From: Haliotis rufescens
Lineage: Eukaryota
Reading direction: 5' to 3'
DNA: 64,000 nucleotides
NCBI RefSeq assembly: GCF_023055435.1
Contig: NW_025963857.1
Location: 23,436,001 to 23,500,000 of the forward strand
The position numbers and the translations under genes are program-made. Position 1 is the stretch's first letter. Each line of letters opens with the position of its first letter. Of this stretch, positions 51,566-64,000 are shown piece after piece. The notes beneath the pieces are model-generated. The model was not told the DNA's origin. It ran no database searches and saw nothing but the letters and a program-made list of their open reading frames with translations.

Positions 51566-54500
51566 TTTGAGTATCTATTGAGTAACGGGAAAATTATTGT
51601 CAAGAAAGGTAAAATAGCATGTTATCGTTACTCATCTGGTAAATTCAGTTCACACCACTCATTGTGAATTATGTTATCAGTTTTGCTTTCACCCGCATTC
51701 ATATATTTCTCAATTTACAAGAACGTCTTATGTTACATATTCGGACTTTTATGAATTGGCTCAACATAAAGATTGAAAACAGCCTGATGCGCAGCAGATG
51801 AATCAAAAATTAAAAGTATACATATATATCACAAGCAAAATTTAAATTAGTACTTGCAGTTTGGTCTTTACTCGTATCTGTGTCTCAACGGCAGGTGAAG
51901 ATAAGAGATGATGGAACAGTTTCCCCCGTCCTTTATATATACCATTTGTGAATTATACGTGATTGATTTACCTTGGGCTGACCACTTCCAGGTAAGTAAC
52001 GCACCTCAGCTTAATGGTGTAAAGTAAGCATTCTTTTCGCATCAAAGGGCCCGAGGTTATCACCCTACGGGTACACATGCGAGCTGGTATCCATGAACAT
52101 CGATTAAGGAAGTACAAGACAACGTATATAAAGGTGGCAAACAGACACACTCTCTCTGGCATCGTCGAACTGCATTTCAAACAGTCCTCGATACTCAATG
52201 TTTAACCTATATTATTTAGGGGCGGTCGGGTAGCCTAGTGGTTAAAGCGTTCGCTCGTTACGCCGAAGACACGGGTTCGATTTCCGACATGGGTACAATG
52301 TGTGTAGCCCATTGCTGGTGTCCCCCGCCGTGATATTGCTGGAATATTGCTAAAAGTGGCGTAAAACCATACTCACTCACTCACTTTAACCTATATTAAG
52401 TAAATATTCGATAATGGTCTGAAAAGTGTGTATCCAGTAAATATATGATGTGGGAGCAACATACATCAGACATTATAATGCATCTGTGTGATACGACATA
52501 ACATGAGACCAGAAAACTGACGCAACACACCAGTACAGCCTCGCCACAGTACAGCAGTAGCACTGTACCACACGAGGTCAACTATGCTAACCGTTTCCGT
52601 GTAATACAGCAGCCTGCTCACAAGAAAATAGCTTCTGCTGAATATACTGCAGAAGTCCCCAGATACTACGTTATTCTCCCCGAATTTTATTTATCTTACT
52701 GCACAATAACTATAAACTACAACAGCTTTATTTCCTAACTGAAAGGGACATATATTGGTTTCTTCTCACAAAGGGACTGTCACTATGAATACTCACAACA
52801 CCTTTATATGTGTGTAGTATCTGTTAAAAGCCGAAAGTACACCAGTGTCTTCTGAAAACATGATTGACATATGAACAACAGCTTGTTTTCTCGTCTTTGT
52901 TGACTTGTCTTTGTATGTGTTTGTGACGGTAGAACCGATGGGGCAGGATACGCTTACTTTTTGGCAACCGCCAGGTATCATCACTATCTGGTTGGTTAGT
53001 TGGTTGGTTGGTTGTTTAACGCTGCACTCAGCAATATATTACTGCTATATGACGGCGGTCTGTAAATAATCGAGTCTGGACCAGACAATCCAGTGATTAA
53101 AATCATTAGCATCGATCCACCCAATTGGGATCGATGACATGCATCAACCAAGTCAGCGAGCCTGACCACCCGATCCCGTTAGTCGCCTTTTACGACAAGC
53201 ATAGTCACCTTTTACGGCAAGCATGGGTTGCTGAAGACCTATATATTCTACCCCGGAATCCACTATCTGATAGTCATTCATACGCACATGCTTGTGATCA
53301 TTATAGTCGGAATCGTACAATGGCCTCTGCTTCGAGCAGAGCTTTCGAATGATTCTGAAAAGGGTTTTGTGGCGTTTATTTGCAACTGCGTTTCTTGAGA
53401 GAACTCTCTTATCTTCAACATATCATCTTGATAATTGTACACTTCATTATCAAGGAATTTGTGATTATACGAGCATCACTAAATTTGATATCTCAACTTT
53501 TATAGATAACGCCTGAATATTGATATAATAATCATTCAATGATGACCCTTTAGCTACATAAATCGTCAACGACAGAGAATATTCAGGCTCGATTATCTGT
53601 TGAAACAGATTTCATTGGGTGTAAAAGGCAAGATTGTGCTAAAATGTATACTGAATATCAGTGATGTCACCAGGTGTTAGTGAATAGTTCATATTTGTTG
53701 GATGTTTCATGAGCTCCTCCGTCCGTTCCATCGTGTGCCAAATTGGGAGAATGTTGTCTTTTGACAATGTCTCAGCCATTCATACTTTTGCATATATACT
53801 TAATCACTGTTGCAAATAACTCACGTTAACGTGTTTTAATCTTCGGCTGAGTCTTAGGTCGTAAACATTAGAAGAAAGTATATAAATCGTCTCTACCCTT
53901 TACGTATGCCCTTGACATGATGAAGCAGTAGTGATAGTGATGATTGTGTTCTTTTAAGTCGTGTTTAGACCAAAACTCTTACCAAGAATAAAACACGCGC
54001 AAATCAGTTTGACAATGTGTAACTATATAAGGGTTGCCCAGAAAAACCGTACATCTAAAAGTAAAGACGTGTGTTTTCAGAAGAAAATGCTCTTAAAGTA
54101 TAACACAAAGGTGTTTTCAAAGATAGACATGATCAAACGACTTGTTTTTACAGTCTGGTTGTTGTTATAAAGACTTATGACACGCTTTAAAGTTGGACCA
54201 TTTATTCCGCTGAATTTCACTCTCTACAGTTACCAAATGCAATCTCCTTTGTATTGATAAATGATTGTCACTTCTGCTTTGTAATCAAACAAAAGGGATA
54301 TATTAGCTATTTGTTTGTTCATTGTAATCTTCAATCCTACCAATCCAGTTCGGAATCTTCAAATTCGCGCTCTGATTTAATCAATATGTATTTTACAAAT
54401 AGCGCCTACAGGGAAGGTGGTTAGTAAACACACAACTAAATATCTATATAGATACTTCTCCTATTAATTACATAAGCAGTATGCAAAATGTTAAATTGCA

Positions 54501-55413
54501 TCATCAAATCAAGAAGTACATGTTTGATGGAAATTACAAATAATTCGTAGTTTGATAAGCTATACCCGGACAAGCGTATTTAATAGATACTTTTGAATTC
54601 AATCGTTTTGTTTGTGTAATTGATAAACTGTAAAGATATGTTATTGTCATGGAAATTCCAACTGTATGCATTCCCTTCTAACCAAAGCAGTAAGAATCTT
54701 GCAACATTTGTTTTGATGCTCTACATCACTATGGCTTTCGGGTTTGTTTTATTGCAGCAGCTCAGATATTATTTATACAAAGCGCCATAACAACATGTAG
54801 ATTGTATTCTGAATACAACTTTCGCTCATTTTCAAGGACAGCGCACACATTTGCATTTCAATACAGTGCACACTGTCTACCCCTTGATACCGTCAATGAC
54901 TGCTTTGACAAAAATTGACACGCCTGCTTATTTGTTTCGCTGCATGTTTTTAAAATGCAAATTGAAATACAGACAGCCAATTCCAGATATTATGGTACTT
55001 CAAATGGCCATCAAACCCTTTCCTGGCAGCCCAAATGATACATTCCCGTGAAACATGAACTCGGGTAAGTGACATTTGGTGGGAGATATATCAAGCATAA
55101 AATCCCTCCTCTTATCATCATGTCCGGTTTCCTCAGGAACTTAATAGCACATTTCAGTAGTTGATATCTTAGCTAGCAGTAAAACGCAATATCATTGAAG
55201 TGTGCTTGGATATTGGTCGACAACACGTACTATGTCCAGAGTTTACAATATGGAGAAACATAGATCACTCTTCCATTGTGAACATTCAATTCAGATTAAG
55301 ATTTTCAAACAAATTTCAAGGCGTAAATAAATATGACAAGATTTTATTGAACCAATTCCATTGGTTTGAGAAAATACATAAATAGCCAGCATCACACTGC
55401 AGGTGATAATAAC

Positions 55414-56021
55414 TCAATAATAGCCGATACCTGAAACAAAAAAATAGTAGAATAAAGTTGGGATGTATGGATAAGTCACAACGAAGTCTTGAAACTAGCT
55501 GCATGATAAACTATACCAAATATTAGAGAAAGCAGAGAATAGTTTTAAAGATGTTTTGTAAATGTCATCAGCTTTGTCGCTGAAAATAGTAATACCACAT
55601 AGGTAAATTATGCAATTTTGCAAACGAGACTGGAGGTATATTTACGGATACGATAAACAAATGATATCATATTTTGTGAAATACCTTTTCCCAATCCAAT
55701 TCCGTATCCTCCCATTCCGTAGAGACCACCATAGCCCCCGAGTCCTCCGTACAGACCTCCCATGCCGTATCCGTATTTGCCTCCGTATAGACCTCCCATG
55801 CCTCCGTATATACCTCCCATGCCTCCGTATAGACCTCCCATGCCTCCGTATAGACCTCCATAGCCTCCAAGACCTCCAAGGCCTCCGTACAATCCACCCA
55901 TTCCGTAGCCAATTCCGCCCAGTCCTCCTTTCAACCCGCCAATTCCACCATACAGACCGGTAGGCTCGGCAAAGGCGGTAACAGCCAGGCAGGCAACAAG
56001 AGCGGCGACTATCTTCATCAT
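55414..56021 (-). CDS. Secreted Gly/Tyr-rich protein, copy 11, 117 aa; exons 55685..56021 and 55414..55430
   Basis: As copy 9. Confidence 0.9.
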
Positions 56022-59000
56022 TTTGAGTATCTATTGAGTAACGGGAAAATTATTGTCAAGAAAGGTAAAATAGCATGTTATCGTTACTCATCTGGTAAAT
56101 TCAGTTCACACCACTCATTGTGAATTATGTTATCAGTTTTGCTTTCACCCGCATTCATATATTTCTCAATTTACAAGAACGTCTTATGTTACATATTCGG
56201 ACTTTTATGAATTGGCTCAACATAAAGATTGAAAACAGCCTGATGCGCAGCAGATGAATCAAAAATTAAAAGTATACATATATATCACAAGCAAAATTTA
56301 AATTAGTACTTGCAGTTTGGTCTTTACTCGTATCTGTGTCTCAACGGCAGGTGAAGATAAGAGATGATGGAACAGTTTCCCCCGTCCTTTATATATACCA
56401 TTTGTGAATTATACGTGATTGATTTACCTTGGGCTGACCACTTCCAGGTAAGTAACGCACCTCAGCTTAATGGTGTTAAGTAAGCATTCTTTTCGCATCA
56501 AAGGGCCCGAGGTTATCACCCTACGGGTACACATGCGAGCTGGTATCCATGAACATCGATTAAGGAAGTACAAGACAACGTATATAAAGGTGGCAAACAG
56601 ACACACTCTCTCTGGCATCGTCGAGCTGCATTTCAAACAGTCCTCGATACTCAATGTTTAACCTATATTATTTAGGGGCGGTCGGGTAGCCTAGTGGTTA
56701 AAGCGTTCGCTCGTTACGCCGAAGACACGGGTTCGATTTCCGACATGGGTACAATGTGTGTAGCCCATTGCTGGTGTCCCCCGCCGTGATATTGCTGGAA
56801 TATTGCTAAAAGTGGCGTAAAACCATACTCACTCACTCACTTTAACCTATATTAAGTAAATATTCGATAATGGTCTGAAAAGTGTGTATCCAGTAAATAT
56901 ATGATGTGGGAGCAACATACATCAGACATTATAATGCATCTGTGTGATACGACATAACATGAGACCAGAAAACTGATGCAACACACCAGTACAGCCTCGC
57001 CACAGTACAGCAGTAGCACTGTACCACACGAGGTCAACTATGCTAACCGTTTCCGTGTAATACAGCAGCCTGCTCACAAGAAAATAGCTTCTGCTGAATA
57101 TACTGCAGAAGTCCCCAGATACTACGTTATTCTCCCCGAATTTTATTTATCTTACTGCACAATAACTATAAACTACAACAGCTTTATTTCCTAACTGAAA
57201 GGGACATATATTGGTTTCTTCTCACAAAGGGACTGTCACTATGAATACTCACAACACCTTTATATGTGTGTAGTATCTGTTAAAAGCCGAAAGTACACCA
57301 GTGTCTTCTGAAAACATGATTGACATATGAACAACAGCTTGTTTTCTCGTCTTTGTTGACTTGTCTTTGTATGTGTTTGTGACGGTAGAACCGATGGGGC
57401 AGGATACGCTTACTTTTTGGCAACCGCCAGGTATCATCACTATCTGGTTGGTTAGTTGGTTGGTTGGTTGTTTAACGCTGCACTCAGCAATATATTACTG
57501 CTATATGACGGCGGTCTGTAAATAATCGAGTCTGGACCAGACAATCCAGTGATTAAAATCATTAGCATCGATCCACCCAATTGGGATCGATGACATGCAT
57601 CAACCAAGTCAGCGAGCCTGACCACCCGATCCCGTTAGTCGCCTTTTACGACAAGCATAGTCACCTTTTACGGCAAGCATGGGTTGCTGAAGACCTATAT
57701 ATTCTACCCCGGAATCCACTATCTGATAGTCATTCATACGCACATGCTTGTGATCATTATAGTCGGAATCGTACAATGGCCTCTGCTTCGAGCAGAGCTT
57801 TCGAATGATTCTGAAAAGGGTTTTGTGGCGTTTATTTGCAACTGCGTTTCTTGAGAGAACTCTCTTATCTTCAACATATCATCTTGATAATTGTACACTT
57901 CATTATCAAGGAATTTGTGATTATACGAGCATCACTAAATTTGATATCTCAACTTTTATAGATAACGCCTGAATATTGATATAATAATCATTCAATGATG
58001 ACCCTTTAACTACATAAATCGTCAACGACAGAGAATATTCAGGCTCGATTATCTGTTGAAACAGATTTCATTGGGTGTAAAAGGCAAGATTGTGCTAAAA
58101 TGTATACTGAATATCAGTGATGTCACCAGGTGTTAGTGAATAGTTCATATTTGTTGGATGTTTCATGAGCTCCTCCGTCCGTTCCATCGTGTGCCAAATT
58201 GGGAGAATGTTGTCTTTTGACAATGTCTCAGCCATTCATACTTTTGCATATATACTTAATCACTGTTGCAAATAACTCACGTTAACGTGTTTTAATCTTC
58301 GGCTGAGTCTTAGGTCGTAAACATTAGAAGAAAGTATATAAATCGTCTCTACCCTTTACGTATGCCCTTGACATGATGAAGCAGTAGTGATAGTGATGAT
58401 TGTGTTCTTTTAAGTCGTGTTTAGACCAAAACTCTTACCAAGAATAAAACACGCGCAAATCAGTTTGACAATGTGTAACTATATAAGGGTTGCCCAGAAA
58501 AACCGTACATCTAAAAGTAAAGACGTGTGTTTTCAGAAGAAAATGCTCTTAAAGTATAACACAAAGGTGTTTTCAAAGATAGACATGATCAAACGACTTG
58601 TTTTTACAGTCTGGTTGTTGTTATAAAGACTTATGACACGCTTTAAAGTTGGACCATTTATTCCGCTGAATTTCACTCTCTACAGTTACCAAATGCAATC
58701 TCCTTTGTATTGATAAATGATTGTCACTTCTGCTTTGTAATCAAACAAAAGGGATATATTAGCTATTTGTTTGTTCATTGTAATCTTCAATCCTACCAAT
58801 CCAGTTCGGAATCTTCAAATTCGCGCTCTGATTTAATCAATATGTATTTTACAAATAGCGCCTACAGGGAAGGTGGTTAGTAAACACACAACTAAATATC
58901 TATATAGATACTTCTCCTATTAATTACATAAGCAGTATGCAAAATGTTAAATTGCATCATCAAATCAAGAAGTACATGTTTGATGGAAATTACAAATAAT

Positions 59001-59869
59001 TCGTAGTTTGATAAGCTATACCCGGACAAGCGTATTTAATAGATACTTTTGAATTCAATCGTTTTGTTTGTGTAATTGATAAACTGTAAAGATATGTTAT
59101 TGTCATGGAAATTCCAACTGTATGCATTCCCTTCTAACCAAAGCAGTAAGAATCTTGCAACATTTGTTTTGATGCTCTACATCACTATGGCTTTCGGGTT
59201 TGTTTTATTGCAGCAGCTCAGATATTATTTATACAAAGCGCCATAACAACATGTAGATTGTATTCTGAATACAACTTTCGCTCATTTTCAAGGACAGCGC
59301 ACACATTTGCATTTCAATACAGTGCACACTGTCTACCCCTTGATACCGTCAATGACTGCTTTGACAAAAATTGACACGCCTGCTTATTTGTTTCGCTGCA
59401 TGTTTTTAAAATGCAAATTGAAATACAGACAGCCAATTCCAGATATTATGGTACTTCAAATGGCCATCAAACCCTTTCCTGGCAGCCCAAATGATACATT
59501 CCCGTGAAACATGAACTCGGGTAAGTGACATTTGGTGGGAGATATATCAAGCATAAAATCCCTCCTCTTATCATCATGTCCGGTTTCCTCAGGAACTTAA
59601 TAGCACATTTCAGTAGTTGATATCTTAGCTAGCAGTAAAACGCAATATCATTGAAGTGTGCTTGGATATTGGTCGACAACACGTACTATGTCCAGAGTTT
59701 ACAATATGGAGAAACATAGATCACTCTTCCATTGTGAACATTCAATTCAGATTAAGATTTTCAAACAAATTTCAAGGCGTAAATAAATATGACAAGATTT
59801 TATTGAACCAATTCCATTGGTTTGAGAAAATACATAAATAGCCAGCATCACACTGCAGGTGATAATAAC

Positions 59870-60477
59870 TCAATAATAGCCGATACCTGAAACAAAAAAA
59901 TAGTAGAATAAAGTTGGGATGTATGGATAAGTCACAACGAAGTCTTGAAACTAGCTGCATGATAAACTATACCAAATATTAGAGAAAGCAGAGAATAGTT
60001 TTAAAGATGTTTTGTAAATGTCATCAGCTTTGTCGCTGAAAATAGTAATACCACATAGGTAAATTATGCAATTTTGCAAACGAGACTGGAGGTATATTTA
60101 CGGATACGATAAACAAATGATATCATATTTTGTGAAATACCTTTTCCCAATCCAATTCCGTATCCTCCCATTCCGTAGAGACCACCATAGCCCCCGAGTC
60201 CTCCGTACAGACCTCCCATGCCGTATCCGTATTTGCCTCCGTATAGACCTCCCATGCCTCCGTATATACCTCCCATGCCTCCGTATAGACCTCCCATGCC
60301 TCCGTATAGACCTCCATAGCCTCCAAGACCTCCAAGGCCTCCGTACAATCCACCCATTCCGTAGCCAATTCCGCCCAGTCCTCCTTTCAACCCGCCAATT
60401 CCACCATACAGACCGGTAGGCTCGGCAAAGGCGGTAACAGCCAGGCAGGCAACAAGAGCGGTGACTATCTTCATCAT
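59870..60477 (-). CDS. Secreted Gly/Tyr-rich protein, copy 12, 117 aa, A6T in the signal peptide; exons 60141..60477 and 59870..59886
   Basis: As copy 9, with a single missense change (MMKIVT). Confidence 0.9.
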
Positions 60478-63400
60478 TTTGAGTATCTATTGAGTAACGG
60501 GAAAATTATTGTCAAGAAAGGTAAAATAGCATGTTATCGTTACTCATCTGGTAAATTCAGTTCACACCACTCATTGTGAATTATGTTATCAGTTTTGCTT
60601 TCACCCGCATTCATATATTTCTCAATTTACAAGAACGTCTTATGTTACATATTCGGACTTTTATGAATTGGCTCAACATAAAGATTGAAAACAGCCTGAT
60701 GCGCAGCAGATGAATCAAAAATTAAAAGTATACATATATATCACAAGCAAAATTTAAATTAGTACTTGCAGTTTGGTCTTTACTCGTATCTGTGTCTCAA
60801 CGGCAGGTGAAGATAAGAGATGATGGAACAGTTTCCCCCGTCCTTTATATATACCATTTGTGAATTATACGTGATTGATTTACCTTGGGCTGACCACTTC
60901 CAGGTAAGTAACGCACCTCAGCTTAATGGTGTTAAGTAAGCATTCTTTTCGCATCAAAGGGCCCGAGGTTATCACCCTACGGGTACACATGCGAGCTGGT
61001 ATCCATGAACATCGATTAAGGAAGTACAAGACAACGTATATAAAGGTGGCAAACAGACACACTCTCTCTGGCATCGTCGAGCTGCATTTCAAACAGTCCT
61101 CGATACTCAATGTTTAACCTATATTATTTAGGGGCGGTCGGGTAGCCTAGTGGTTAAAGCGTTCGCTCGTTACGCCGAAGACACGGGTTCGATTTCCGAC
61201 ATGGGTACAATGTGTGTAGCCCATTGCTGGTGTCCCCCGCCGTGATATTGCTGGAATATTGCTAAAAGTGGCGTAAAACCATACTCACTCACTCACTTTA
61301 ACCTATATTAAGTAAATATTCGATAATGGTCTGAAAAGTGTGTATCCAGTAAATATATGATGTGGGAGCAACATACATCAGACATTATAATGCATCTGTG
61401 TGATACGACATAACATGAGACCAGAAAACTGATGCAACACACCAGTACAGCCTCGCCACAGTACAGCAGTAGCACTGTACCACACGAGGTCAACTATGCT
61501 AACCGTCTCCGTGTAATACAGCAGCCTGCTCACAAGAAAATAGCTTCTGCTGAATATACTGCAGAAGTCCCCAGATACTACGTTATTCTCCCCGAATTTT
61601 ATTTATCTTACTGCACAATAACTATAAACTACAACAGCTTTATTTCCTAACTGAAAGGGACATATATTGGTTTCTTCTCACAAAGGGACTGTCACTATGA
61701 ATACTCACAACACCTTTATATGTGTGTAGTATCTGTTAAAAGCCGAAAGTACACCAGTGTCTTCTGAAAACATGATTGACATATGAACAACAGCTTGTTT
61801 TCTCGTCTTTGTTGACTTGTCTTTGTATGTGTTTGTGACGGTAGAACCGATGGGGCAGGATACGCTTACTTTTTGGCAACCGCCAGGTATCATCACTATC
61901 TGGTTGGTTAGTTGGTTGGTTGGTTGTTTAACGCTGCACTCAGCAATATATTACTGCTATATGACGGCGGTCTGTAAATAATCGAGTCTGGACCAGACAA
62001 TCCAGTGATTAAAATCATTAGCATCGATCCACCCAATTGGGATCGATGACATGCATCAACCAAGTCAGCGAGCCTGACCACCCGATCCCGTTAGTCGCCT
62101 TTTACGACAAGCATAGTCACCTTTTACGGCAAGCATGGGTTGCTGAAGACCTATATATTCTACCCCGGAATCCACTATCTGATAGTCATTCATACGCACA
62201 TGCTTGTGATCATTATAGTCGGAATCGTACAATGGCCTCTGCTTCGAGCAGAGCTTTCGAATGATTCTGAAAAGGGTTTTGTGGCGTTTATTTGCAACTG
62301 CGTTTCTTGAGAGAACTCTCTTATCTTCAACATATCATCTTGATAATTGTACACTTCATTATCAAGGAATTTGTGATTATACGAGCATCACTAAATTTGA
62401 TATCTCAACTTTTATAGATAACGCCTGAATATTGATATAATAATCATTCAATGATGACCCTTTAACTACATAAATCGTCAACGACAGAGAATATTCAGGC
62501 TCGATTATCTGTTGAAACAGATTTCATTGGGTGTAAAAGGCAAGATTGTGCTAAAATGTATACTGAATATCAGTGATGTCACCAGGTGTTAGTGAATAGT
62601 TCATATTTGTTGGATGTTTCATGAGCTCCTCCGTCCGTTCCATCGTGTGCCAAATTGGGAGAATGTTGTCTTTTGACAATGTCTCAGCCATTCATACTTT
62701 TGCATATATACTTAATCACTGTTGCAAATAACTCACGTTAACGTGTTTTAATCTTCGGCTGAGTCTTATGTCGTAAACATTAGAAGAAAGTATATAAATC
62801 GTCTCTACCCTTTATGTATGCCCTTGACATGATGAAGCAGTAGTGATAGTGATGATTGTGTTCTTTTAAGTCGTGTTTAGACCAAAACTCTTACCAAGAA
62901 TAAAACACGCGCAAATCAGTTTGACAATGTGTAACTATATAAGGGTTGCCCAGAAAAACCGTACATCTAAAAGTAAAGACGTGTGTTTTCAGAAGAAAAT
63001 GCTCTTAAAGTATAACACAAAGGTGTTTTCAAAGATAGACATGATCAAACGACTTGTTTTTACAGTCTGGTTGTTGTTATAAAGACTTATGACACGCTTT
63101 AAAGTTGGACCATTTATTCCGCTGAATTTCACTCTCTACAGTTACCAAATGCAATCTCCTTTGTATTGATAAATGATTGTCACTTCTGCTTTGTAATCAA
63201 ACAATAGGGATATATTAGCTATTTGTTTGTTCATTGTAATCTTCAATCCTACCAATCCAGTTCGGAATCTTCAAATTCGCGCTCTGATTTAATCAATATG
63301 TATTTTACAAATAGCGCCTACAGGGAAGGTGGTTAGTAAACACACAACTAAATATCTATATAGATATTTCTCCTATTAATTACATAAGCAGTATGCAAAA

Positions 63401-64000
63401 TGTTAAATTGCATCATCAAATCAAGAAGTACATGTTTGATGGAAATTACAAATAATTCGTAGTTTGATAAGCTATACCCGGACAAGCGTATTTAATAGAT
63501 ACTTTTGAATTCAATCGTTTTGTTTGTGTAATTGATAAACTGTAAAGATATGTTATTGTCATGGAAATTCCAACTGTATGCATTCCCTTCTAACCAAAGC
63601 AGTAAGAATCTTGCAACATTTGTTTTGATGCTCTACATCACTATGGCTTTCGGGTTTGTTTTATTGCAGCAGCTCAGATATTATTTATACAAAGCGCCAT
63701 AACAACATGTAGATTGTATTCTGAATACAACTTTCGCTCATTTTCAAGGACAGCGCACACATTTGCATTTCAATACAGTGCACACTGTCTACCCCTTGAT
63801 ACCGTCAATGACTGCTTTGACAAAAATTGACACGCCTGCTTATTTGTTTCGCTGCATGTTTTTAAAATGCAAATTGAAATACAGACAGCCAATTCCAGAT
63901 ATTATGGTACTTCAAATGGCCATCAAACCCTTTCCTGGCAGCCCAAATGATACATTCCCGTGAAACATGAACTCGGGTAAGTGACATTTGGTGGGAGATA

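Larger units (their letters stand above)
1..64000. repeat. Tandem gene array (macrosatellite-like), ~4.46-kb unit, ~12.7 copies, continuing beyond both window ends
   Basis: The same sequence and ORF set recur with spacings 4465 x5, 11897 (4465 plus a 7432-bp insertion), 4463, 4474 and 4456 x4. Only scattered SNPs and small indels separate the units. Confidence 0.99.

Noticed and set aside
1-64000. Whole array as a pure assembly artefact, or the unit as a tandem transposon/Helitron
   Set aside because: Position-structured shared variants and a unique insertion in one unit argue for real copies, although read-level confirmation is still needed. No transposase, helicase or terminal structures were found in the unit.

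Overview
Eukaryotic, AT-rich animal DNA. The SINE types and the protein composition suggest a mollusc, possibly a gastropod such as abalone (inference only). Almost the whole window is a head-to-tail tandem array of a ~4.46-kb unit (about 12.7 units, near-identical, open at both window ends). Each unit carries one minus-strand, intron-containing gene for a small secreted Gly/Tyr/Leu/Met-rich protein: signal peptide, GGLYGG(M) repeats, and a spliced C-terminus ...GKGIGYY*. There are 12 complete copies of 117, 120 or 123 aa. Each unit also carries two SINE-type insertions, each with its own target-site duplication. One unit is interrupted at 24123-31554 by a 7432-bp Ngaro-type tyrosine-recombinase retrotransposon with split direct repeats and no TSD. 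It encodes gag, RT, a truncated RNase H and an SGNH-hydrolase remnant. Its recombinase is deleted and its 1178-bp terminal module is triplicated. The other short ORFs in the supplied track look non-coding.
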